Shown here: positions 35,425 to 48,500 of the stretch, in pieces | Layout: each line of letters starts with the position of its first letter | How positions within the stretch are numbered: the first letter of the stretch is position 1 | NCBI GenBank assembly: GCA_964035545.1 | Contig: OZ037767.1 | Location: 1,189,680-1,253,679, forward strand | Source of the DNA: Bugula neritina | Taxonomy: Eukaryota > Animalia > Bryozoa | Reading direction: 5' to 3' | Length of the DNA: 64,000 nt | Translations under genes and position numbers: made by a program | The notes under the pieces: generated by a model | Databases searched by the model: none | What the model was told of the DNA's origin: nothing | What the model saw: the letters and a program-made list of their open reading frames with translations, nothing else

Positions 35425-37278
35425 ATGGCTAAGAAATCGGCAGTTTCAACTTTACTACTGTGAGTATAATATTCATACACACACCACAACCTTTAAATAT
35501 CAAACTTACTTTTTTGTTCTTATAATTGTTATTATTGGCTATTGATTCATAAACATTGGGTGTAAATATTATAACTTTGCTTGAAATAAGAAATTTATAT
35601 GCAAAGACTTTCTCCCTATATCTTTGAATAACAAAAATTTTGAAACAACTTGATACGTTTTTTACAAATTAAAATAATGGCGAATAAAAAAATTTTTTTT
35701 CAAGCTATTTTAGCAAATTGAAATATTTTTAGCTGCATGCATAATTGTTTTATTCATGTTTTTCTTGAGGTTTCTAGTATTTTTGATAGATTTATGATAC
35801 ACTTTTGGTAGTTTAATTACACAAAATCATGATTAAACTGACATAAAACAGAATTGCATCTTTGCCAGGTTTTCTTCTCACTTCAACTGCATGACTGAAT
35901 GTTTTCGGTGCATAGTATGCATAGAAATATAGCTATCAATTACTTAAAACTAGTTACCTAAAAATGTTTAAATAAAAATCTACATTAGCTTTTATCAGGT
36001 AACAATATTATTAATTTTATTTTTTCTCTAAGTTTTAATAATTAATAATTAGTAAATTATTAACTGGGAACTATAACTCAGGTATATGTACTGGCATCTA
36101 CTATAATTTGCATATATAGTAACTATGTAATTATTTCTGTTACAGAGTATTCATAGGAATTTTGTTGGCTAAAGGAGATGCAAGAGTACGTATATTTCTA
36201 TATTTTTAGTTCTTATGCAACACATTTACTATATATATGCATATATATAATGTATTCATATTCTATGCTTGTTATATAATATTAAAAATCAAGTAATGGT
36301 GATCACTTAAAAAATGCCGATAATAGTTTTTGCTGCTAGAAATAAATTTTTACCACCAGTTTTTAAACTTGATGAGAATAATTTCAAAGAGTCTATCTGA
36401 TATGTCTGGTACTTTAAGTCAAATTATTTGTTTTTGTTATTTAATTTCTTTGGATTCTTTTATTTTAGTTTTTGACAAATGAGGCAACTTCATTGAGGGA
36501 GTTGTCTACTTCTCCTGTGATAACAGATGTAGCTGTTGATGTGAGTGAGGACAACCCAAAAACAAGAGAGACAACACCTGAAATTGGAATGACAACTCCC
36601 CTTAGCACAGAAATGACATCTACTGCTGATATCGAAATGACTAGTTTTGATATGGAGGATGCAACTTCAGAAGAGACAACTCATGACATGAGAGAGATTA
36701 CTTCTGATATTGGAATAACAACTCCCTTTAGTACAGAAATAACAAATAATATAGAAATGGCTGAAAATGACATGGGGGACACAACCCCCGATGAGACAAC
36801 TCTGGAGATGGTAGAAATGAGCACTGTCATGGGTAAGAAAACTCCTAATATTGTTGATGTAACTAAGAAAGCTAGAGAAATGAGTCAATAATAATTAAAG
36901 CTATTAAATAACTCAGATACAAGCATGGCTACAAAAGAACCAATAAAAATCATTGACAAAAGTGTTATATCCAGTTTGAAATGCACATGGTGTTTTTTAT
37001 TTGGATTTAGGCAAAAATATTTTTTAAATATAATATAGCAAAACACTTTAATCCGATTGATTTCGAAAGTTCAGTACATCATTTGTTTAACAATTTTAAA
37101 ATAAAACTGTTGAAACTGCAAACTTTTCAAGTACGAAAACATTTGAAAATAGTAATATAATGAGTGCTTCTCAAATGACATGATCTGTATTGACTTATGA
37201 ATTTCAAATGAAGCATTAAGTTATTTTCTATTTTTAGGCAAGGATGGGGATCAATTTTCTACTTACAGTCACAACTAA
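35425..37278 (+). CDS. Orphan secreted acidic Thr/Glu/Asp/Met-rich protein, copy 2 (about 159 aa, 4 exons)
   Basis: Exons 35425-35459, 36146-36185, 36469-36832, 37238-37278: MAKKSAVSTLLL-VFIGILLAKGDAR-FLTNEATSLREL..LEMVEMSTVMG-KDGDQFSTYSHN*. Indels relative to copy 1 preserve frame. Confidence 0.8.
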
Positions 37279-39009
37279 ATTAAGACCCAATATCAACGAA
37301 TGAAATTACTTGTATTTTATTTGAATAATGACGAAAACTGTTCAACAGCAGCATCAATATTTTGACTAAGTGCTAAAAAACGGTTTTAAAAAAGTTATAT
37401 ATACAGGCATATTTATTACTCTCTTAATTTAATTTAGTATATTTTAATAAACTATTATTTAGCACCATATTTACATATTTCAATCAATTTCATTAAAACT
37501 AAATAGTGTTATAAGTGGTACAAATTCTGCCATATAGCTACTTTACTAAATATATATTGAAATATTTTTAAATTATCAAGTGACGTAAATTATTTTGCAA
37601 AGTTCAATTTACAGATTGACATGAACTGTAGACCTTGATCTAATCTCTAAATTTATAATTTATGATTCTGATGTTTTTAGCTGTTTTTGATTATTAAGAA
37701 AATTAAATTTCTTTAATACACAGCTATATGGAAATTTTTTATTGCCTTTTTAATTAATTACTTTCCATTCTTTCAAACATGATGCAACCTCATGTTGCTA
37801 TTGTATTAATTATAATATATAATATAGCACATTTTTTTTAAAAACTATAAAACCAATTTAAATTAAATTGCAACAATTTTTGATGAAAAGTTATCAATTT
37901 GAGGACTTATATTAGACAAAGTTTTTATGCTTACCATAAATTAAAAGATGAAAACAATGCAAATTATTATATTTTTTTTTTGATGTTTATGGCATAACAG
38001 TTGATCATCCTTCTCACCCCCTCCCCCATTCTATATTATGACTTTGTTAAAATCATAAACTTTAAAAGCTTAAAACGGTATTTAAACGTGCGGACTTATG
38101 GTTTTAACTTGTTTTCATGTTCAGGAAATATAAAACTATACGATAATGCTAAAATACAGAATACTATATAAGCAACAATTAGAGTGTTATGTGACAATTA
38201 TGTTGCTTACAAAATGCAAAATTGCAAGCAAGCTGTAGAAATATTTCGTATACCATGATACTTTTGAATTTGATGTCATTCAACTTAGTAACTTGGCTAA
38301 TTATAAATACAGTGATGCAAATTTCAAGGATATTGCCAGTAATTGTGGCTATTTTGACATATCTGTTGACATATATGGAGCTGGAAATATACTGGTTTAC
38401 AGACAGCTGGCTACCACACAGTTGTGTTGATACTTTTAAACTAAAAGCAAAGCATGGTTGGGCATATGTTGGTGTTTTGTTTACAAAAATTGTCTCCTAA
38501 TGCATGTGTTTATTTGATACTAAATTAATGACTAAATTTTATGATTTCTTAAATTATAACAACTCTATTATATATGTATTTTACAATTAACTTGTCATTT
38601 GCCCACACTGTTCCAGATATTATTTTGAGGACATATTCTTGGTAAAACTATGATCCGCCTATGACATATCAAGTTGCTCAACAACTCATGTTATAAGTTG
38701 CGTTTATACCTTCACGATTTTCGGTCAAAATTTCAATTTGGCCGGGTTGAAATTTCTCCGAGTTGCATTGCATTGTAAAAGCCACCCGTTGAAATTTTTG
38801 TACTGTGATAACTTAATCGGCCAAATTGACCAATGATGTTGCTTACATGATTACCTGCGGCGTATTCCATTTCGCAGACGTTTACATTAGTAACGGACAC
38901 ACCCCTTTTCTCTTTTCTACCACGGCAAGTAGCAGCACGATTTTACACTCTAACTACTATATTTTTTTAACTAAATTTTTATTCACATATATTTATAATA
39001 ATAGATAAA

Positions 39010-39894
39010 ATGGCAACACAAAAAATTAATGAAAACGATGTATTAAATTTTATTTCTGAAATTGAAAGTCGTCCAAACATTTGGAACTACAAGATCAAAG
39101 GTTCCTACAAAACCAAGAACAAGGAATTGGCTGAAGTAGCCAAAGCTTTTAACGTTTCAAGTAAGTAATTTTTACATGTTTTAGTTTTAGTACTTGCTAC
39201 TTTGCCAATGTTGATGTGATTTATTTAATAAAGTGATGATCATTTTAAAATAATAAAGTTACCACAATTGATTTTTGTAGCCAAAACAGCGACAAAAAAG
39301 TGGCAAAATCTGCGTGATTATTTTAAAGATATTTTGAAAAGACAAAAAAATAGTACACCCTCATCTGGTGCAAGTGCACAAGAAGTTCTTGAACCAACGT
39401 GGGTGTATTGGAAAAACATGAAATTCCTATTATCTGTTGAGACCCAAATATGCGAAGAAAGCCACTCATCTCTTGATGAAACTGTGAGTTTCCAAGTTCT
39501 CTTCTATGTTACTCTATTTTTATTCCTAGTAAGTATGCTACGTTTCAGTTGCATGCTATCAATATTTTAGATAGCTTTACCGAGTACAAGCTCAATCAAT
39601 GGAGATGAAAAAGAACAAACAAGAAAAAGAAAGTATGATGACTCAATGACTAGGGCATTGAATACGGCTTCCAATATGCTTGATAAGATTGCTGGAAAAT
39701 TAAGCGATAGCAATGCACCTGCGTCTAAGTACCCACATTTGGACTATTTTTTTAAAGGACTTAGTGAACAAATTAAATCATTACCAGCAAGCTGCCATGG
39801 AGTAGCCATGCTGAGGCTACAGGAGTGCGTTAATGACTTGATGACTGAGCATACTGAACAGGACAGTAGTTACCCTACTTACTTTGAGCTTTGA
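39010..39894 (+). CDS. MADF (Myb/SANT-like) DNA-binding protein with C-terminal BESS-like motif, Harbinger second gene
   Basis: Exons 39010-39160, 39281-39483, 39571-39894: FISEIESRPNIWNYK..KKWQNLRDYFKD..SGAS..WVYWKNMKFL..RKRK..LDYFFKGLSEQIKSLP..LRLQECV. Confidence 0.88.
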
Positions 39895-40132
39895 AAAGTT
39901 ATGTTGTGTTATTGCTATGTTTTATTGTTGACTTTTTTATTTAGGCTATTGTTATATTTGTTTTGTTACATTGTTCGAATTGAAAAAATTGAATAACAAA
40001 AAATAACTAAAAAGACACAGTTATGTATGCTATTTTGTATCAATTCATCTGTAAGACATACACAAAGAAGAAAACTTACAAACTTAACAGAAATAACCTA
40101 AAAATTCATTAAAATGGTAATAAACTAGAAAA

Positions 40133-41465
40133 CTAGGAATATAAAATTGGATTTCTCACAACATAATCTTTGAATCTATCACGTATTTTGATAGCTGTAT
40201 TTGTACCACGGGCTTGCGGCTCACTAAGCCTACCAAAACTTGTCTGCTCTAAGGAAATCTGTGGCTCTAATGCTGCTCCAGTTGGAGGCTGTCTGTTTTG
40301 TCTTATGATGTTGTGCAAAATACAACAGGCGAGAGTTAGCACTTTCACCTTGTGTGGTTCTAGATCTATAGGCCTGAAAAATATCCTCCAAGTATTTGCA
40401 AGAATTCCAAATGCATTTTCTATAAGCCTTCTTGCTCTAGAAAGTCTTGCATTATGTACCTGCAAATAAAAAATAAAAAATAAAAAATAAGCAATATTTT
40501 GAAATGACAACATATTAAAGATATTCTATGTTGATCACCTCTTCATCAGGAGGCAGCACCCTGGAGTGTGGTTTGGAGAAAGGCCTCATCAAAAATGGTC
40601 TCAGAGGAAATGCTTCATCGCCAACTATGACAAAGGGTAAGAGCTCTGTGCCTTGCTCTGGAACTTCTGGCAGTGGAAAATTAATGGTTCCATTTTCAAT
40701 GTGTTGCAATAGCTTTGAAGACCGAAAAACTCCCCCATCAGAATGGCGCCCTTCTGCTCCACATTCCACATATGTGAACCTGTAACAACAAGAAGTTTAA
40801 ATTACATTCCCTCTTAAACTAGAGAAAAGCTATTAATATGTATTCAAGTGTACATACTTGTAGTTATGATCGCACATAGCAAGCAGGATAATTGACTCAA
40901 ATCCTTTGTAATTGTGGTATTGAGATCCAGCGTGGTATGGCTTGTTCATAGTGATATGTTTGCCATCCAGTGCTCCTAATAATAATAATAATACAAAAAT
41001 GATTTAAATAAATGAGTTACTCAAATAAAATAATTTTTAAATTCAAAACTATTGAATATTGTTTTTACCTAAACAATTAGGGTAGTTCCATTTCTTGAAG
41101 CCTTTTGCCACTTCCTTCCATTCTGTTACCGTAGTTGGTGTTTTTAGCCATTGCCCTTGTAAGCTACTGATAATTGAAATGCACACGTCCATTACAATAT
41201 TAGATATCGTTGCTAATCCAATATTCCATTCATAATGAAGAGACGTCATACTTTGACCGGTAGCTAAATATCTTATGGTAACCTAAAAAAGATAAATTTA
41301 TGTAAAATCTAAAAAAGTGAATTATCAGAATAAATACTTTTGTAAAATCTTAACACAATACAAATTGATGACCATTAATCTTTCTTCGGCAGATATTGGG
41401 ACTGATGTAGATCCAGCTTTTTCTATCTTTGAGCTAATAGAATGCAACACATAATTGAACTCATA
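40133..41465 (-). CDS. Harbinger (HARBI1-like DDE) transposase, 5'-truncated, 5 exons visible
   Basis: [128 protein letters not shown]. All three catalytic acidic motifs are present; the N-terminus is missing beyond about 41465. Confidence 0.92.
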
Positions 41466-42567
41466 GGTTCATAATAGTTCATAATAGACTAACACATAAT
41501 AGTCTGATAGCTGCTTGAATGTGGCAATATTTGCTGGTAGTTGTAGTTTATAAAGCTGTGGTTTTCAGTGTGTTTGGTATTAATTTGCAAATTACAATTT
41601 AATAACATGGCTTGGTGTAAGCAAATCTTCTATCTGGGCCACATATAATATTTTCAATTTATAACAAACCAACATGTTGCTGAAAAAATTCCTTCTTTCA
41701 ATGGCTTAATTGATAATTCCACTCAAGATATGCAATACAGTATATAGTTGCGTCTTAAAATCTATTATCATTATAAAACTATGTGATACAGGTATTTGGC
41801 TTCAAACAGCATTTCCTTTTAGCCAAGTTATGAAATCTGTAGCAAAATTTGTCAAACTAAACTTTTAAAGTTTTAAAAAGTAAAACTTAAAGTAAAAGAG
41901 AACTTACAAATGCCTAGCTTGGATCTAAACAAATGTTAATAAATGTGAGTAACTGACAAAGTAAGTGAGTGTGAGTTGCTTGAATTCCCATATTATTGTG
42001 AAACATTTCGCAACTTTTTAAAAACACAACTTGCAGTATCTTTCATGATGAAACAAAGTTTTTGTGGATGAAAACAGAAAAAGTTGCTACTGTTGTAAGC
42101 ATTAAATATATTGTTTAGTAATAAAGAATCAGGATGTTGGTTGCAAAACAAGCATTCTATTCAATTCGTGACATTTTGATATAAAAACAACTTTGCTTGA
42201 TGGCGTTACCAACCCCAGTGCTACATTCACATTTGCAGAAGAAAATTTATAATCAGCTCATTTTAAAAAAAAATTTATTACTCATAACTTTTTTATTGTT
42301 TATTTATTGATTATATTTTACAAAACGTAGAATAGTAATTAAGTTTTTTGAGTCTCCATCCACTTCTAGTTATAGCTTATGTTGTATCCACCCCTATTTA
42401 AAGCGTATGTTGTGTACGCTCCTGGATAAAGTTGCCTGTATATTATTATTATGATATAAATCAATGGAATACAAATGGCAGAGTGTTCACCACAAACACC
42501 CATTCAACAGAGAGCTGGTTCTCCATCAAAGTGCTGTTGAAATCTGATTAGTAGAACTACAATCATA

Positions 42568-45500
42568 ATGCTGGACAGAAGTGCATACTTTGTGTAAGTA
42601 GTTGAATCTATAATATACACTTATCTAACCAACAGCTAATAATAATATTGTATAGTATTGACTTGTTGCTATAAACATCTAATGCATTGCTACATGTAAG
42701 GCCTGAACATAAAATAAATTGAAAACAAAACCTATGGCATGTATCTGCTGCTTAATATATGATTTTAAATTTACTCATTTTTTTCTAGTATTTATTTATT
42801 TTATTGAATTATTGGAAGTAATAATTGAATCCATTGTATTGTGAATAAGGCACTATGTTTCCTTAATGCTGGCTTGAACAAGAAAAAGTGACAAATTGAT
42901 GAATGATAACAGCCACAGGTGAAGTTTGATAAACTTCTATAGTCACTTTTCTCAAAATGTTTGGTGTAAATATTTTGCTATTGGCTTATTACAGGTTGTT
43001 TTTGACAGCAACGGCTGCTTCCTATTTAGTTGAAACAGATGTTCCAACAGTAAGTACCTCTATTTGTTTTAAGTTAGTCTGCATATTATACGACATGTAC
43101 TGCAGGTGTTGGCATGTACAGCAGATGATGTCATGTACTGCAGATGATGTCATGTACTGCAGGTGCTGGCATGTACAGCAGATGATGTCATGTACTGCAG
43201 ATGATGTCATGTACTGCAGGTGCTGGCATGTACAGCAGATGATGTCATGTACTGCAGATGATGTCATGTACTGCAGGTGATGTCATGTACTGCAGGTGAT
43301 GTCATGTACTGCAGGTGATGTCATGTACTGCAGGTGATGTCATGTACTGCAGGTGATGTCATTTACTGCAGGTGATGGCATGTATACTGCAGGTGATGGT
43401 ATGTACTGCAGGTGATGTCATGTACTGCAGGTGATGTCATTTACTGCAGGTGATGGCATGTATACTGCAGGTGATGGCATGTACTGCAGGTGATGGCATG
43501 TACTGCAAGTGATGTCATGTACTGCAGATGATGTCATGTACTGCAGGTGATGTCATGTACTGCAGGTGATGTCATGTACTGCAGGTGATGTCATGTACTG
43601 CAGGTGATGTCATGTACTGCAGGTGATGTCATGTACTGCAAGTGATGGCATGTACTGCAGGTGATGGCATGTACTGCAGGTGATGTCATGTACTGCAGGT
43701 GATGTCATGTACTGCAGGTGCTGGCATGGCTATTAAGAATTCTTACAAACATGTTTTGTCAATGAAGCAGGCGGAAACATACTATATTTATATGCTAGTC
43801 CTGAATAGCTAGTGTGTATAAATCTTAATTTGTATTTTTAGATCAAACCCAGAGGGTAAGTATGTGCTTATATATGTTTTTATAGAGCTTGGTGTTAGTA
43901 AACATTATAGAGCTTTAAAAGCTAAAAAAATATTACATTGTTGAAAACAGCTGAAAACTAGGGTATGGGATTTTTCATTTGGAATTAAATGTTTTGCCTA
44001 AGTGAAACTTTTAGATGCTGATTACTAAGGTATATTTTTACAATTTTTTTATAATACAATAAAGTTATGAGAAAATGTTTATAACATAGCATTATGATAT
44101 TATTTATGTTCTTTGATTATGTTATCAAACTGTGGTAGTTGATGTTTTAGCAATTTAACGGAGTTTCTTAATGGAGTTGTTATGAATATCACACATATAT
44201 TAGAAGGTTAGTATAACCACCCTAACAATGAGCAACTCTCTGCTCTTTTTGTGAACGAAAGTAAGAACCTAGGCTAAAGTATTAATACAACAGATTATCA
44301 TAATACATAATTTAGTTAAAACTGATGATAAAATGTAAATTTTATGATTCAACAAATATTAAAACATAAATATATCATTTTCTAACAGACATTGAAGATG
44401 CAAATAAGATACTCCAAGTTCAAGAAGCTGACCAGGTGTTTGCAGGTGAAATTTTAAAACATATTTTATTTTCATACATACACTCTATAATGTCAAGTTA
44501 TATTTACCATGTTATATTAAAAGTTTTTTCACTCTACTATAAAATGCCTTGTGTGTGCATTATGCCATATTTTAATATATCAATATGTTATCTTATACTT
44601 TAATATGTTATGTTATAGTATATAATATACTCCATTATTTCTTTACACATTGCTTTATATAATACTTTATCATGTCACATTATGCTATATCGTATTATAT
44701 CATATTATATTGTAAAATAATATAATATACGGTGTATGTTTATTATGTTATATTGTAAAGTAATATAATATATGGTGTATATTTATTATATTATATAGTA
44801 AAGTAATATAATATACGGTATATAATATTATATTGTAAAGTAATATAATATACGGTGTATAATAGCTGCCGACTCAGCCATTAGGGCTGACACTCAAGAG
44901 ATGAACTTTAGAAGCATTTTCAGCAGAAGCAGAGGAAATGAATTCATCAACTCCAGAGACGTTGCTGCGGCAGCCATCACAGGTGTCAACCAACTTGCGC
45001 GACTGGTAACCAGGTGAGTTGTCATGCCACCTGCTATATGTTGTCAACTTATTGTTTTATTCTGTCATTTACCATGAGTTGTCACACTATGACACTAGTG
45101 AGTTAAATTGCTCAGTGTCAAGTTAACTGTGATATATATCACCTGCTATGAATTGTCACTTTCAGGCTCACTACATCTCATTAGGGATAATGACATGCAA
45201 CATATAAGTGTCTTTTTATTTGAGAGATAAAGTGTTGCCACGGTAGTCATGATTCATAGCCGCAAATTGTGTCACAACAGTGCCTTGCTTATTTTAATCA
45301 TGCTGGTAGCATTCTATTTTAAGATTAAATAGTTATTTATGGTGTAAAGCTGCCAATGGAGGAAGTGTAAACAAAACAATCAAAATATGCATTGTCATGG
45401 CACTAATATATATTTGTTAGTGATTCAAGTAGAGAACTAGTGAATGCTTTCATCTACCAATTACAGCAATTTAGTATTTGCAAACATTTCAATACTAAAA

Positions 45501-48500
45501 ATTGTCTAATGCACTTATAATATTTATATATTATAATTATTATTCATATTTCAGTTCTGTTCTAGCTTTATTCTTTATGTTTGTGTGGCAAAATCACAGC
45601 TGCTACTGTTAATAATTCCCACTACTTGAGAAGAATGTGAAGTAGGTACGAAACTGTTTAGATTAATTTAAATTTCTTTTGTAGTGCAGGTATAAACACA
45701 ACCAACAGTTTTGATGCCGATGGAAACCCCACAGACCCAGGTATTTTAACTTTGGCTGTGACATTGTAGTTGATATAATTGAAACATCTCAATTTTCAAA
45801 ACAAATTGTCTGTTTATGAAATTTCAAATATTTTGCCTTATGACTGCACAGATAGTTTTTGAAATTTTTGTTTCAGCTGATGTTTTTTGCTTATTTGCAA
45901 AATTTTACTATTTTCCAATTGTTTTTGGTTTGTTTATACATAATCTGAATTAAATATTTAAATTTAATTTTCATCCTGATAATGTATTTTTATTGCCAAC
46001 TTCTGTCCTGTATTATGCGGCCCAGTGATTGGTTACAACTCTACTCTGTATACTCTACACTGTATACTCTACCTGTATACTCTCTACTCTGTATACTCTA
46101 CTCTGTATACTCTGTATACTCTACTCTGTATACTCTACCTGTATACTCTACCTGTATACTCTGCTTTCTGTATACTCTACTCTGTATACTCACTACTCTG
46201 TATACTCTGTATACTCTACTCTGTATACTCACTACTCTGTATACTCTGTATACTCTACTCTGTATACTCTACACTGTATACTCTACCTGTATACTCTCTA
46301 CTCTGTATACTATACTCTGTATACTCTGTATACTCTACTCTGTATACTCTCTACTCTGTATACTCTACCTGTATACTCTCTACTCTGTATACTCTCTGCT
46401 CTGTATACTCTACTCTGTATACTCTACTCTGTATACTCTACTCTGTATACTTTACTCTGTATACTCTACTCTGTATACTCTACTCTGTATACTCTACCTG
46501 TACACTCTACTCTGTATACTCTACTCTGTATACTCTACCTGTATACTCTACTCTGTATACTCTACTCTGTATACTCTACTCTGTATACTCTACTCTGTAT
46601 ACTCTACCTGTGTACTCGACCTGTGTACTCGACTTGTACACTCACCTTTTGCTCACCTTATAGTGACCTTGCACTGACCTTGCAGGTGTCATGGCTGTGT
46701 CACGGATGAGACCTATGACATGTCCATTTGATCTGCCTAACAGAATGCCTTGTAACAACACATTTAGAGAGCCTACCGGGCGATGCACCAATAGAATGGC
46801 GGGGAAGAGAACATGGGGAATGGCAGGCACACCTTACAGTCGAGTTCTTCCAGCCAGCTATGAAGATGGTGGGTTAACTTAAAACTAGTTAGAGTCACTT
46901 GCTAGTTGAATGCTTTCTTTGGCTGTTGAAGCAGTGTGATCACATCAGCTCTATACGTAGGTACTGGTGCAACTCTATACATAAGTACTGGTGCAGCTCT
47001 ATACGTAGGTACTGATGCAGCTCTATCTATAGGTATTGGTGCAGCTCTATACGTAGGTATTGGTGCGGCTCTATCTATAGGTATTGGTGCAGCTCTATAC
47101 GTAGGTATTGGCGCAGCTCTATACGTAGGTATTGGTGCAGCTCTATATAGTCCGATTATTTCTACATTTCAGGAGTTGGGGCTCCTCAAAAAACAGCACT
47201 CGGCTCCGGGGAGAGTCTGAAATCAGCACGAGAAATTTCCACAGTAGTTACCACAACTCGAGTTGTACTCAACAATTTAGGGTTTGACGCCAACATCATG
47301 CAATGGGGCCAGTATATCTCTCACGAGTTCACTCACCTGGCTGAGACTGAAGGTTGCTTTGAATACTTTTACTTGAAATTTAAAATAAATATTCAATAGT
47401 TATTTTCTTTATATTTTGCCAGAAATCTGTGCTTCATAAACTTACAAAAAGACTGGAATTAAATATCTATAGCCTACTTATTATTTAAAACCAATTTTTC
47501 CTGAGCATCTAACTTTGCTAATGTCGTCTTTTTAGTACAAAAACAAGCTTTGCAAGCCGCAATAGTATTTTCTAATTAAAATGAGCAGGCCTCTATTAAT
47601 TCAAAACCTAGCACTTTTATTTTCACCTAGTATAAGACATTTGCTGCACACCATGTTTATGACATGGGTTTGTCTTAACTAAGCTGGATACTATACTAAT
47701 CATATGCTTTCACAGCTGATGCAGCTTGCTGCCCGGACCAAATATTTGCTGCCAGAAATGAACCTGGCACAGTGCCAACAACTGAAGAATTAAATGAAAT
47801 CAGAGAAGAGATCAAACAGGAGAGGGGAAACGTCTGCATCCAAATTGAGATTGAAGATGATCCAAGACATGGTGGATACGTCTGCATGACTCAGACCAGG
47901 TCCAGACCAGCTCCCCCTCATGACTGCTCTATTGGTAAGATAACTCTAAGGAGTAGTACTTCTATAAAAAAATTAATAATTCAGTAGAGGAACTGTTAAT
48001 TCTTGAAAGTAAAAGCTAATCAGTGCTCTCCATGACATCACTAGATGTCTCAGATTTAAAGGTAGCCATGTTGAAAAGTTGAATCATTGAATTGAACATA
48101 AGGGTATACACATAAACTAGTAATTAATAGATATAAAACAATTTAAGTATAATTATAACCTTAAAATTATTGCTCTACACCACAAATACACAAGCAAAGC
48201 ATTAGCTTGATCCTATCACTAATATTTTTCATCAACTAAAATTTGCGATACTCGTGTCTGCATGTCCTTAGCTCCCCGTCAACAAATGAACTCTATAACT
48301 CACGTATTTGATGGATCCGTGGTGTATGGAAGCTCTCAGGCTGAGCAAGATGCTCTGAGGTCGTTTGAAGGTGGCCGATTGCTGACTCAGACAGTAAATG
48401 GTCGAGTGCTGCTGCCACAAGATCTGGAAAACTGCCCAGCTGCTGACCTGACCGCTCAAAGATGTCCTTTCAGGGGTGGAGATACAAGAATCAACACGAC

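Larger units (their letters stand above)
38696..41470. mobile_element. PIF/Harbinger DNA transposon, truncated at the transposase 5' end
   Basis: Convergent MADF gene and DDE transposase, the typical Harbinger pair. Probable left terminus taa/gttgcgtttatacc at about 38696 where a CpG-richer segment begins. No matching right TIR found. Confidence 0.85.

Noticed and set aside
42464-42547. Upstream ORF MEYKWQ.. before peroxidase D
   Set aside because: Its ATG is about 10 nt from the TATA-like gatataaat, so it is probably upstream of the transcription start.
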